64,000 nucleotides of DNA from Bacteroidota bacterium. Lineage in GTDB: Bacteria; Bacteroidota; Bacteroidia; Chitinophagales; JADIYW01. The stretch is from the NCBI GenBank assembly GCA_963169645.1, contig CAUJCO010000013.1, positions 198,142 through 262,141 on the forward strand, in the 5' to 3' direction. Shown here piece after piece: positions 1 to 8,636 of this stretch; the stretch's first letter is position 1, and each line of letters starts with the position of its first letter. Position numbers and translations under genes: made by a program. Below the pieces are notes generated by a model that was not told where the DNA came from, ran no database searches, and was given only the letters and a program-made list of their open reading frames with translations.

Positions 1-2582
1 GCTTTGCTATATTTTTTGATAATTGCATCTAATTGTTTATCGGCTACCGGATACAATTGTTCTACACGTACAATGGCAACATCTGTTCTGTTATCAGCTT
101 CTTTTTTCGCTAATAAATCGTAATAGATTTTTCCGGTACAGAACAATACTTTTTTCACACTATTAGCATCCGTTGTATTTTCATCATCAATCACTTCTTT
201 AAATTTACCATCATACAACATCGATATAGCATCTACACATTTTGGATGTCTTAACAATGATTTTGGCGACATATTAATCATAGGTTTTCTAAATGGCCAT
301 GTTAATTGTCGGCGTATTGCATGGAAGAAATTAGCCGGTGAAGAAATATTGGTTACCACCATATTGTTTTCACCGCACAATTGTAAGAAACGCTCTAAAC
401 GGGCAGAACTATGCTCCGGACCAGCACCTTCATATCCATGTGGCAACAACAACACCAATCCACTCTGACGATTCCATTTCGTTTCACACGATGCAATAAA
501 TTGGTCGATGATAATTTGTGCTCCATTGTCAAAATCACCAAATTGTGCTTCCCAAATTGCCAATGCTGATGGTGATGAAATGGAATATCCAAACTCAAAT
601 CCTAATACGGCATATTCGGATAAATGTGAGTTGGTGATTCTAAATTTCCCTTGATTGCCATCTTCTGCAATAAAATTTAAACGATTATATTCTTCATTGG
701 TAACTTCATCATACAAACATGCATGTCTGTGCGAGAAGGTACCACGCTTCACATCTTCGCCACTTAAACGCACATCTTTTCCTTCCAACAATATAGATCC
801 ATACGCCAACAATTCGGCTGCTGCCCAATCCACACTATTATTTTCACGCATTAACACACGACGTTGTTCTAAATATTGTTGAATTTTTTTCAATGGTTTA
901 AAACCTTCCGGAGTTTTCACCAAGGCCTTAATAATTTTCACTAAGTCTTCTTTCGAAATTTTTGTTTCCGGTGAGGAATCAAAATCTTCATTGGTAGATT
1001 TTCGCAATGCATTCCAAGCTAATTCTGTGGCTTGTGGAGTATATTTACGCGGTTGTTGTTTGTAGTCGTTCAATCGAGCTTGCAACTCAGACCAAAATTC
1101 TTCTTCCATTTTTTTGGCAAATTCTGCTTCTGCCACACCCCAATCGTATAATTTCTTTTGGTATAAATCGCGTACACCTTCGTGTCCTTTAATAATTTTA
1201 TACATCTGTGGTTGTGTGTACGATGGATCATCACCTTCGTTGTGTCCCCATCGTCTATAACAAACCATATCTACAAAAACATCTTTATTAAATCGTTGTC
1301 TATATTCGGCTGCTAACTCCGCCACATAGGTGACACATTCAACATCATCACCATTTACATGAAATACGGGTGCTTGTATGGTAGAAGCAATAGACGTACT
1401 ATAATTGGAAGTTCGAGCATCATCAAAATCGGTGGTAAAACCTATTTGATTATTAATAACAAAGTGAATTGTGCCGCCCACTGTATATCCTTTCAAGGAT
1501 TGCATTTGCAATACTTCATAAACGATACCTTGTCCGGCAACTGCCGCATCACCATGAATGGTTATAGGTAAAATTTTATCATAATCCTCTTGATAGATAG
1601 CATTTGCTTTTGCTCTGCAATAACCTTGTACCACTGGGTTTATAGCTTCTAAATGGGATGGATTAGGTAATAATTTTACATACACCTCTTTTCCATCCAT
1701 TGTATCGTATTGTGCAGAATAGCCTAAATGATATTTAACATCACCTGTTCCGGATGAGAAATCATCCGGTGCAATTCCATCAAACTCAGAGAAGATTTCT
1801 TCATAGGTTTTCCCTACTATATTAGCCAACACATTTAATCGGCCGCGATGTGCCATACCAATTACAGCTTCTTGTACGCCGTGGTTAGCGGCTACATTTA
1901 TCATAGCGTCGAGTGCCGGAATGGTAGATTCGCCACCTTCTAACGAGAAACGTTTTTGACCTAAATATTTTGTACCTAAGAATTTTTCTAAAACCTCGGA
2001 TTCATTTAATTTAGACAATATTCGTTTTTTCTTTTCAATGGGATGCTCATACGCGATATATCCGTGTTCTATTTGCTCGCGCATCCATGCACGTTCATCT
2101 CTATCTAAAATATAATTGTATTCCCAGCCAATATTACGGCAATAAATTTTTTTCAGTCGCTCGACAATGGTACGCAAAGTAGCTTTTCCGATACCTAATT
2201 CGTTTCCGGCGTGAAACTCTACCTCTAAATCACTTTCATCTAAGCCGAAAAAGTGTAAATCTAAATCGGCATGTCGGTCTTTACGAGGTCGTAACGGATT
2301 GGTAGTTGCCACCAAATGACCTTTATTTCTATAACCGGAAATCAGCTTTAATACTCTAAATTCCTTAGGTGAAACTGCTCCTTCCGTTGGTAAAGCAGTA
2401 GCTGTTCCCGCAGTAACCACATCAGCGGTAGCACCATTTTTACCATATTTATAGGCTAAATCAAAGCCGGCAAAGAATTTTTTCCATTCCGGATCTATTG
2501 AATTTGGGTCTTTTAGATAATCTTGATAAAGTGCGTCTATGTAGCTTGGATGCGCATTTGAGAGGATGGATAAATCTTCCAT
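1..2582 (-). CDS. sucA: 2-oxoglutarate dehydrogenase E1 component, first ~860 codons (3' end lies beyond position 1)
   Basis: Absent from the ORF track because it has no stop in the window. Hand translation from the ATG (rc of 2580-2582) gives MEDLSILSNAHPSYIDALYQDYLKDPNSIDPEWKKFFAGFD. Around 400-480 it gives LLLPHGYEGAGPEHSSARLERFLQLCGENNM. Both are classic OGDH E1 signatures. Only short ORFs in other frames are listed in 1-2582. Confidence 0.85.
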   Translation of the reverse strand, partial: MEDLSILSNAHPSYIDALYQDYLKDPNSIDPEWKKFFAGFDLAYKYGKNGATADVVTAGTATALPTEGAVSPKEFRVLKLISGYRNKGHLVATTNPLRPRKDRHADLDLHFFGLDESDLEVEFHAGNELGIGKATLRTIVERLKKIYCRNIGWEYNYILDRDERAWMREQIEHGYIAYEHPIEKKKRILSKLNESEVLEKFLGTKYLGQKRFSLEGGESTIPALDAMINVAANHGVQEAVIGMAHRGRLNVLANIVGKTYEEIFSEFDGIAPDDFSSGTGDVKYHLGYSAQYDTMDGKEVYVKLLPNPSHLEAINPVVQGYCRAKANAIYQEDYDKILPITIHGDAAVAGQGIVYEVLQMQSLKGYTVGGTIHFVINNQIGFTTDFDDARTSNYSTSIASTIQAPVFHVNGDDVECVTYVAELAAEYRQRFNKDVFVDMVCYRRWGHNEGDDPSYTQPQMYKIIKGHEGVRDLYQKKLYDWGVAEAEFAKKMEEEFWSELQARLNDYKQQPRKYTPQATELAWNALRKSTNEDFDSSPETKISKEDLVKIIKALVKTPEGFKPLKKIQQYLEQRRVLMRENNSVDWAAAELLAYGSILLEGKDVRLSGEDVKRGTFSHRHACLYDEVTNEEYNRLNFIAEDGNQGKFRITNSHLSEYAVLGFEFGYSISSPSALAIWEAQFGDFDNGAQIIIDQFIASCETKWNRQSGLVLLLPHGYEGAGPEHSSARLERFLQLCGENNMVVTNISSPANFFHAIRRQLTWPFRKPMINMSPKSLLRHPKCVDAISMLYDGKFKEVIDDENTTDANSVKKVLFCTGKIYYDLLAKKEADNRTDVAIVRVEQLYPVADKQLDAIIKKYSK

Positions 2583-2607
2583 ATTAAATATACATTATTT
2601 GACATTG

Positions 2608-2615
2608 CAAATATC
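2608..2615 (-). promoter_or_regulatory. -7 promoter-like box GATATTTG (near TAnnTTTG) upstream of sucA
   Basis: rc of caaatatc, 25 nt upstream of the sucA ATG. One base off the consensus. Shares CGATATTTGCA with the infA upstream box. Confidence 0.35.
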
Positions 2616-2735
2616 GTACTTTTTTAATCTACAAATGCATTAAAAAAGATTATTTTCTGATAGATTAAATCAATAAAAAGCGACTTATTGTTAGAATTAA
2701 CCTAAAATTTACTTCTTTTTATATAAACATTTGAT

Positions 2736-2743
2736 TATCTTTG
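2736..2743 (+). promoter_or_regulatory. Bacteroidota-type -7 promoter box TATCTTTG for rpsT
   Basis: Exact TAnnTTTG match, 19 nt upstream of the rpsT ATG. The same 18-19 nt spacing recurs at deaD, prfA and the 55144 and 57917 genes. Confidence 0.6.
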
Positions 2744-2762
2744 CACACTCAAATTTAGAATA

Positions 2763-3023
2763 ATGGCACATCATAAGTCAGCAAAGAAAAGAATTAGACA
2801 AACGGTAAAACGTAGATTAGAAAACCGTTACTATGGTAAAACTACAAGAAATGCCTTGCGTAAGTTCTTAGGTTTATCTGAAAAAGCGGAAGCAGAGCAA
2901 TCTATGTCGTCTGTTGTAGCAATGGTAGATAAATTAGCTAAAAGAAATCAAATTCATAAAAACAAAGCTGGTCACTTAAAATCAGAAGTGATGAAGCATT
3001 TAAATGCGTTAAAAGCAAAATAA
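2763..3023 (+). CDS. rpsT: 30S ribosomal protein S20
   Basis: MAHHKSAKKRIRQTVKRRLENRYYGKTTRNALRKF is a typical S20 N-terminus; 86 aa. Confidence 0.95.
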   Translation: MAHHKSAKKRIRQTVKRRLENRYYGKTTRNALRKFLGLSEKAEAEQSMSSVVAMVDKLAKRNQIHKNKAGHLKSEVMKHLNALKAK

Positions 3024-3026
3024 TTT

Positions 3027-3092
3027 AAAAAAACTTCGGTTTTTTTATGGAAAATATGTGATTGGTGTATCTATATAGTACACCAATTTTTT
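3027..3092 (+). terminator. Two consecutive hairpins downstream of rpsT (likely intrinsic terminator)
   Basis: First hairpin: AAAAAAAC-TTCG-GTTTTTTT at 3027-3046. Second hairpin: TTGGTGTA-(9 nt)-TACACCAA at 3062-3086, followed by a TTTTTT run at 3087-3092. The ORF-track start of the next ORF (TTG at 3062) lies inside the second stem. Confidence 0.55.
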
Positions 3093-3097
3093 ATTTT

Positions 3098-3793
3098 ATG
3101 ACTTTTGAAACAAAATTAACCATTAAAGCTTGGGCGGAAGAAGATAGACCTAGAGAAAAACTCCAACATAAAGGCAGACACAATCTCTCCGATGCCGAAT
3201 TACTTGCCATTATAATTGGCTCCGGAAATGCAGAATTATCTGCAGTCGACTTGGCCCGACACATTTTAGCTTCTGTAAATAATGATTTATTTGATTTAGG
3301 CAGAAAACCACTGGAATTCCTCACTTCATTTAAAGGAATTGGTGAAGCCAAAGCCATTTCTATCGCTGCAGCGCTGGAATTAGGGCGTAGAAGAGCACTT
3401 GCCGAGGCAAAACCAAAAGACCGAATTATAAACGACAAAGCCGCTTTTGAAATTCTATCACCGATTTTATCGGATTTGGCACACGAAGAATTTTGGATTA
3501 TTTGTTTAAATAGAAACAATCGATTTATATCTAAACATAAAATCAGCAGTGGCGGCATTGCCGGAACGGTTGCAGATGGCAAGATAATATTTCATATTGC
3601 ATTAAAAGAATTAGCAAGCGCTATTATTCTTTGTCACAATCATCCATCGGGCAACTTACAACCGAGCGAACAAGATGTAAGATTAACCAGAAACATTATA
3701 GAAGCCGGAAAAATGTTGGATATTGCTGTATTTGATCATCTTATTATCGCACATAACCAATATTATAGCTTTGCATCTAATGGTAAGATGTAG
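3098..3793 (+). CDS. radC: RadC-family JAB/MPN domain protein
   Basis: EDRPREKL N-terminal motif, HhH-like region (FKGIGEAKAISIAAALELGRR) and JAMM motif ILCHNHPSGNLQPSEQD. Start moved to the ATG at 3098 because 3062-3092 is a terminator hairpin. Confidence 0.85.
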   Translation: MTFETKLTIKAWAEEDRPREKLQHKGRHNLSDAELLAIIIGSGNAELSAVDLARHILASVNNDLFDLGRKPLEFLTSFKGIGEAKAISIAAALELGRRRALAEAKPKDRIINDKAAFEILSPILSDLAHEEFWIICLNRNNRFISKHKISSGGIAGTVADGKIIFHIALKELASAIILCHNHPSGNLQPSEQDVRLTRNIIEAGKMLDIAVFDHLIIAHNQYYSFASNGKM

Positions 3794-3825
3794 TTAGATT
3801 TTTTTCACGCTCTATCGGTTGTAAT

Positions 3826-3978
3826 GGTTCGTGACTGCATTGGTTCACAGTCATGGTTCGTGTCTTCACGAAACATTCTCCATCTGCCATGGTTCGTGTC
3901 TTCACAAAACCTCGCAATGGTTCGAGTCTTCACGAAACAGAAAACAAGCCATCGCAATGGTTCGTGTCTTCACGAACC
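3826..3978. repeat. Array of 4-5 same-orientation REP-like hairpins (ATGGTTCGTG-TCTT-CACGAAcc)
   Basis: Copies at 3855-3872, 3891-3908 (CACAAA variant), 3919-3936 (CGAG variant) and 3959-3978, plus a degenerate copy at 3826-3848. Each has an 8-bp stem GGTTCGTG/CACGAACC and a 4-nt loop. Confidence 0.8.
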
Positions 3979-4012
3979 AGAAAATAAACATTAAAAAGAT
4001 TAAACAAAGCCA

Positions 4013-4573
4013 ATGGAAGCTAATTATTTTAAATACAATAGAAAATCATTTGTGCAAATAGGTAAAATTTATTTTTGGACAGCGACAATCAATAAATGGC
4101 AATTATTATTGAGGAATGATGAGTTTAAAAATATAATTATACAATCTTTAGAGTTCTTATCTGAACGAAATAAGATAGATGTTTTTGCATTTGTTATTAT
4201 GCCAAATCATGTACATTTTATTTGGCGAATCAATGAAAATAATGGTAAAGAAACAACTATTGGATCTTTTATGAAATTTACGGCTCATCAATTTTTGAAG
4301 AAATTAAGAAATGAACATCCTGAAGAATTATTAAAATACAAAGAAATTGCCCATAATAAAACACACGAATTCTGGCAACGAGATGCATTAGCAGTTCCAC
4401 TTTTTACTAAAAAAGTAGCATTGCAAAAATTAGATTATATTCATAATAATCCTATTGTTGAGAAATGGGCTTTAGCAAATGAACCTGCTGATTATAAATA
4501 TTCAAGTGCATTTTTTTATGAGAAAAATGTAAAAAATTTTTCATTTATAAAGGATATGATGAATGAGTTTTGA
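4013..4573 (+). CDS. REP-associated tyrosine transposase (RAYT; IS200/IS605-like HUH Y1 transposase family)
   Basis: HUH motif in VIMPNHVHFIW and catalytic-Tyr-type motif LDYIHNNP near the C-terminus; 186 aa. Flanked on both sides by short palindromic REP hairpins rather than IS ends. Confidence 0.8.
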   Translation: MEANYFKYNRKSFVQIGKIYFWTATINKWQLLLRNDEFKNIIIQSLEFLSERNKIDVFAFVIMPNHVHFIWRINENNGKETTIGSFMKFTAHQFLKKLRNEHPEELLKYKEIAHNKTHEFWQRDALAVPLFTKKVALQKLDYIHNNPIVEKWALANEPADYKYSSAFFYEKNVKNFSFIKDMMNEF

Positions 4574-4585
4574 TTTTTAATGGAT

Positions 4586-4644
4586 GGTTCGTGAGGACAC
4601 GAACCTCGGCGAAAGTTCTCAGCCATGGTTCGTGTCTTCACGAA
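4586..4644. repeat. REP doublet of two closely spaced hairpin copies (AGGA-loop copy plus TCTT-loop copy)
   Basis: GGTTCGTG-AGGA-CACGAACC-TCGGCGAA at 4586-4613 and ATGGTTCGTG-TCTT-CACGAA at 4625-4644. Confidence 0.8.
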
Positions 4645-4655
4645 ACATATATCCT

Positions 4656-4712
4656 AATTAGATGACGTAATCTATATTTTTTCTAAAACTTGCTCTACAG
4701 CAGTTTTCCGAC
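4656..4712 (-). pseudogene. Decayed duplicate of the 3' end of the amine-oxidase gene
   Basis: ctaattagatgacgtaatctatattttttctaaaacttgctctacagcagttttcc parallels 4960-5016 (ttaattagatgccgtcatctttattttttctaaaacttgctctgctgctgcttttcc). The rc translation ...AVEQVLEKI then hits a stop. Confidence 0.6.
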
Positions 4713-4723
4713 TTCCTAATGAT

Positions 4724-4751
4724 GGTTCGTGAGGACACGAACCTCGGCGAA
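4724..4751. repeat. REP hairpin (AGGA loop) plus TCGGCGAA tail at the duplication junction
   Basis: GGTTCGTGAGGACACGAACCTCGGCGAA, identical to the 4586 and 4886 copies. It abuts the truncated RAYT fragment directly. Confidence 0.8.
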
Positions 4752-4877
4752 AATCCTATTGTTGAGAGATGGGCTTTAGCAAATGTACCTGCTGATTATA
4801 AATATTCAAGTGCATTTTTTTATGAGAAAAATGTAAAAAATTTTTCATTTATAAAGGATATGATGAATGAATTTTGA
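4752..4877 (+). pseudogene. Duplicated 3' fragment of the RAYT gene (last 41 codons plus stop)
   Basis: Translates to NPIVERWALANVPADYKYSSAFFYEKNVKNFSFIKDMMNEF*. The intact gene has NPIVEKWALANEPADY...MMNEF*. There is no upstream coding sequence; a REP hairpin precedes it. Confidence 0.8.
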
Positions 4878-4885
4878 TTAATGGT

Positions 4886-4951
4886 GGTTCGTGAGGACAC
4901 GAACCTCGGCGAATGTGTCTTCACCTCAGCCATGGTTCGTGTCTTCACGAA
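4886..4951. repeat. REP doublet (AGGA-loop copy, partial half-site, TCTT-loop copy)
   Basis: GGTTCGTGAGGACACGAACCTCGGCGAA at 4886-4913, GTGTCTTCAC half-site at 4915-4924, and ATGGTTCGTGTCTTCACGAA at 4932-4951. It ends 10 nt from the amine-oxidase stop codon. Confidence 0.8.
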
Positions 4952-4960
4952 ACATGTGTC

Positions 4961-6541
4961 TTAATTAGATGCCGTCATCTTTATTTTTTCTAAAACTTGC
5001 TCTGCTGCTGCTTTTCCTGTTGCTGCGGCACCTTCCATAAATCCTTGAAATTCCTCGCTACAATGTTCACCGGCAAAATATACATTGCCAACTGGCGTGG
5101 CAATATGTGGCAATATATGCACGATTTGTCCTTTGGTGAAACAGGCATAACTACCCAACACGTATGGTTGTGATGGCCAATGCATCAATGCTCTTTTTCC
5201 ATTGTGTGATGCTTGCACGCCCGGATAAGCTTTATCAACCGAAGCAATATAACGATCAAAATCTGATTTATTTAATTGCTTTCCAGCTTCACCACCTAAA
5301 AACACGGTGTAACCGGCATAGCCTTCATCCTTATTTTGTGCTAAGCTATTATCCCAACCGTTTTGCACTGTATTGTTGAATAAATAACCACCATAACCTT
5401 GTGTACGCCAAACTCGTTTATCTACTCCAAACATAAACTTTGAATTAGTGCCATAATTCAGTTGCTCTATTGCATTTTTTTTCTCTATCGGCATATCCAT
5501 ATTTAGAGTTACTTTTCGCAGCATAGTGAATGGTATGGTTAGGATGACAAAATCAGCCATTACAATTTTTCCATTTGCAAACGTGAGCTTATATTGCTTA
5601 TCTACAGAGTCAATTTGTATTAATGCATGTTCTTTCTGTATACTATCTTTATTGGCGAATGCCAACTTATCTACTACTTGTTGGTTGCCACCTTTTACTT
5701 TATATCGTTCATCACTATCACCAAAATATTTAAACTCACCTTTCGATGTATCCGTATCGATGAATGTAATTAAATTTAAAGACGATAATTCGGCTGTACT
5801 GTATCCAAATTCACTTTCGTAGGCTACTTGAATAAATTTTTTAAACCACCCTTTGCAATTTATCTTTGCAAGATATTCATCTATAGATAATTTATCTAAC
5901 TCATCCGCATAGCTACCTACACTGTAATCATCTCCAATTTTTTGTAAATCGGCTGCAATTATGGTGTTGATTTTATTGAACTCTACAATCGCCTGTTGTG
6001 TGGTATAATGCTTTCCATCTATAAAGATATCATCTACCTTTTTATCTTTTAAACTTGGTAAAGTATCTAAAATTTCCAGCTTAAACTCTTTCATCAATGA
6101 AAACATTTCTGCATGATTAGAATCGAGATATTCGCCACCAAATTCAGTAACAAGATTATTTCCCATTACATTGTGTGCTGTAAGCATACGACCTCCGGTG
6201 CGATTGGATGCTTCATAAATCGTGGATTTAATTCCATTTTTTCGCAACACATGGCATGCATTTAATCCGGCTATTCCTCCACCGATAATAGCAATGGTAT
6301 GTTTTTGTTCCATCTTATTTTCTGTGTTGATATTGGAATTGGCTGATGGAAATTTGCATTGTGTAAGCAATGGAAATGCACTTGCTATGCCCACCATCGC
6401 TGTAGCTTTGCCGGTGGTTTCAATAAAGTCTCTACGCGAATACAACGTTGTATTTTCTGTTGAAGAGAATGTATGTTGGTTGGTTGCAGAAATAGACAAT
6501 CTGCGAAGCAAACGCAAAAAGGGTGTTTTAGCATTTTTCAT
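4961..6541 (-). CDS. Flavin-containing amine oxidase family protein with twin-arginine (Tat) signal
   Basis: SRRDFIETTGKATAMVGIASA is a Tat-type signal. IAIIGGGIAGLNACHVL...YEASNRTGGR is a dinucleotide-binding fold. C-terminal YFAGEHCS...GFMEGA is typical of the amine oxidase / L-amino-acid oxidase family. Confidence 0.8.
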   Translation of the reverse strand: MKNAKTPFLRLLRRLSISATNQHTFSSTENTTLYSRRDFIETTGKATAMVGIASAFPLLTQCKFPSANSNINTENKMEQKHTIAIIGGGIAGLNACHVLRKNGIKSTIYEASNRTGGRMLTAHNVMGNNLVTEFGGEYLDSNHAEMFSLMKEFKLEILDTLPSLKDKKVDDIFIDGKHYTTQQAIVEFNKINTIIAADLQKIGDDYSVGSYADELDKLSIDEYLAKINCKGWFKKFIQVAYESEFGYSTAELSSLNLITFIDTDTSKGEFKYFGDSDERYKVKGGNQQVVDKLAFANKDSIQKEHALIQIDSVDKQYKLTFANGKIVMADFVILTIPFTMLRKVTLNMDMPIEKKNAIEQLNYGTNSKFMFGVDKRVWRTQGYGGYLFNNTVQNGWDNSLAQNKDEGYAGYTVFLGGEAGKQLNKSDFDRYIASVDKAYPGVQASHNGKRALMHWPSQPYVLGSYACFTKGQIVHILPHIATPVGNVYFAGEHCSEEFQGFMEGAAATGKAAAEQVLEKIKMTASN

Positions 6542-6778
6542 ACATATAGATGGTTTTGAGTAGGTAAAATAATAAAAAAATCACTTGTATGCAACGCGAT
6601 GCACTTTTATGCAGGATTTGGTGTATTGTGTAGGCCTGTTTTTATTTAAAAAACTATGCTGATACAGCTTTAATATATGTCTTTACGAACGATGACTTAC
6701 ATCCCTTTGATGAATTTAATTAACTCAATCACAACATCATAGATACATCCTTTAACATAAACATTCCTGTATTCGCCG

Positions 6779-6786
6779 TATCTTTG
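6779..6786 (+). promoter_or_regulatory. -7 promoter box TATCTTTG for the DEAD-box helicase gene
   Basis: Exact TAnnTTTG match, 19 nt upstream of the ATG at 6806. Confidence 0.6.
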
Positions 6787-6805
6787 CAACCTAAAAAAAT
6801 TAAAC

Positions 6806-8497
6806 ATGGAAGGATTTAGAGCATTAGGATTGAGTGAGGAAATTTTAGAAGCATTAGAAAGAAAAGGCTACGAATCGCCTACACCTATACAAGAACAAAC
6901 GATTCCACTATTATTAAATGGCAACTTAGATGTTGTGGGACAAGCACAAACCGGTACCGGAAAAACTGCAGCTTTTGGCTTGCCTATCTTGGAAAAATTT
7001 GACCCAACACAAAAAAGTGTACAAGCTTTAGTGTTAGCACCTACGCGTGAGTTAGCCATACAAGTAGCTGAAGAAATCAAAAGTTTTAAAGGTTCCAAAC
7101 GTATTTGGATAACGACAGTATATGGTGGTGCATCCATAGGTTCGCAAATGCGCGAATTGGAAAAAGGTACGCATGTAGTAGTAGGTACGCCGGGACGTGT
7201 AATAGACTTAATTGAAAGAAAGAAGTTACTTCTTGACGAAGTAAAATATGTTGTATTAGACGAAGCGGATGAGATGTTAAACATGGGTTTCATTGATGAC
7301 ATCGAATTGATTTTAAAATCGTGCAACGAAACACGTCGTATGCTCTTGTTTTCTGCTACTATGCCGGATAGAATTTTGCAATTAGCCAAACGCTATATGG
7401 GAAAATACGAGATGGTGCGTATTGCAAAACAAGAAATTACCAATACCAATATTGAGCAATCATATTTTGAAGTGCCGGACCGCGACAAGTTTGACGCACT
7501 GTGTCGTGTATTGGATGTAGAAGAAGATTTTTACGGCATTATTTTTTGCAACACCAAAGCAGAAGTGGTAGAAATATCAAACCACTTAAACGACAAAGGT
7601 TATACATCGGATGCATTGCATGGCGACATACAACAAAGCTTGCGAGAGAAAGTGGTGAAACAATTTAAAACCAACAAATATGGTGTATTAGTTGCTACTG
7701 ATGTGGCTGCGCGCGGTATTGATATTTCTGACTTGACACATGTTATAAACTACGGTTTGCCACAAGATCCGGAATCCTATGTACATCGTATTGGTAGAAC
7801 AGGACGTGCCGGAAAAGAAGGAAAAGCTATTGCGATTATTTCACCATCAGAAAAAAGAAAATTATTATTTGTTGAGCGTATTGCAAAAACAAAAATGAAA
7901 AAAGGCAAATTGCCGGATGCCAATGAAATGGTAAAAATAAAAACACGCCGACTAACCGAACATGTAGAAACTATTATAGAAACAGAACACTATAACGAGT
8001 ATTTAGATTTAGCGACTCAACTTATCGGCGAAAATTCATCGGAAGTAATTGTTGCAGCATTGCTTAAACATTTTGCCAAAGATGAATTAAATCCAAAAGC
8101 ATACAAGCAAATAAAAGAAGCAGCACCACGCGAAGAGTTTGGCAGAAACGACCGTTTTGGTGATAAAGGAAAACGCGGAAGCGACAGAGGTGGTCGTTTT
8201 GGTGATAGACGCGAGAATAGAGAAAGCGGACAACGCGGAAAAAGAGGTGGCTCATCACAACGTTTATTTTTTGCAAAAGGCAGAGCCGATGGCATGACAC
8301 CGCGCGCTTTATTGGATGAATTAAAAAATAATGCCGGAATAGAATCACGTAGAATTGACGACATCCGTATTTTAGATAATTTCTCATTTTTTGCCACTAA
8401 CAGAGAAGATGCAGAACAAATTTTGGCAGTTTACAAACGCAACAAAGGAAATGGCAAACCTATGGTAGATAAAGCCAGAGAACGCGATGATAGATAA
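6806..8497 (+). CDS. deaD: DEAD-box ATP-dependent RNA helicase (DeaD/CsdA-like) with R/G-rich linker and DbpA-type C-terminal RNA-binding domain
   Basis: Q-motif, AQTGTGKT, PTRELA, DEAD (VLDEADEM), SAT and HRIGRTGRAG motifs. C-terminal FFAKGRADGMTPRALL...ILDNFSFF resembles the DbpA RBD. Confidence 0.9.
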   Translation: MEGFRALGLSEEILEALERKGYESPTPIQEQTIPLLLNGNLDVVGQAQTGTGKTAAFGLPILEKFDPTQKSVQALVLAPTRELAIQVAEEIKSFKGSKRIWITTVYGGASIGSQMRELEKGTHVVVGTPGRVIDLIERKKLLLDEVKYVVLDEADEMLNMGFIDDIELILKSCNETRRMLLFSATMPDRILQLAKRYMGKYEMVRIAKQEITNTNIEQSYFEVPDRDKFDALCRVLDVEEDFYGIIFCNTKAEVVEISNHLNDKGYTSDALHGDIQQSLREKVVKQFKTNKYGVLVATDVAARGIDISDLTHVINYGLPQDPESYVHRIGRTGRAGKEGKAIAIISPSEKRKLLFVERIAKTKMKKGKLPDANEMVKIKTRRLTEHVETIIETEHYNEYLDLATQLIGENSSEVIVAALLKHFAKDELNPKAYKQIKEAAPREEFGRNDRFGDKGKRGSDRGGRFGDRRENRESGQRGKRGGSSQRLFFAKGRADGMTPRALLDELKNNAGIESRRIDDIRILDNFSFFATNREDAEQILAVYKRNKGNGKPMVDKARERDDR

Positions 8498-8504
8498 AAA
8501 GAAA

Positions 8505-8534
8505 GGACGAAATATAGTTAACTATATTTCGTCC
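8505..8534. terminator. Hairpin between convergent genes (bidirectional terminator candidate)
   Basis: GGACGAAATATAGT-TA-ACTATATTTCGTCC is a perfect 14-bp stem. It has an A-run on the plus side and a T-rich tract on the minus side. It lies between the deaD stop (8497) and the stop of the 8637 gene. Confidence 0.6.
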
Positions 8535-8636
8535 CAAAAAAAATGAAAAATAGAAAATCTGACTATTGTGCTTTCGCTTTCATCATTATTTTATTTATAA
8601 TTACCGTCAACAATTAGTTTTTTTGAAGTAATCAAA

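Noticed and set aside
3091-3582. Long antisense ORFs opposite well-supported genes. Examples are 3091-3582(-), 6868-7389(-), 8017-8397(-), 20689-21123(-), 31615-32253(-), 46203-46472(+) and 46593-46907(+).
   Set aside because: Each lies entirely within a gene with unmistakable family motifs on the other strand. Their products are low-complexity or hydrophobic nonsense. They are shadow ORFs typical of AT-rich genomes.
3919-3936. GGTTCGAGTC within a REP copy resembles a tRNA T-arm (GGTTCGA.TCC).
   Set aside because: No acceptor stem, D-arm or anticodon arm can be built from the flanks. The match is part of the REP palindrome.
3831-4061. ORF-track ORFs across the repeat arrays: 3831-4061(+), 58796-59002(-) and 58933-59160(+).
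   Set aside because: They are translations of tandem REP hairpins, with repeating peptides such as HGSCLH and VCVDTNQ. They have no start context and no family resemblance.
3826-4951. Possibility that the repeat arrays at 3826-4951 and 58608-59025 are CRISPR arrays.
   Set aside because: The repeat units are only ~20-nt perfect palindromes. Their spacing is irregular (16-130 nt), their loop orientation is mixed, copies are degenerate, and no cas genes are present. This pattern fits REP/REPIN elements, not CRISPR.
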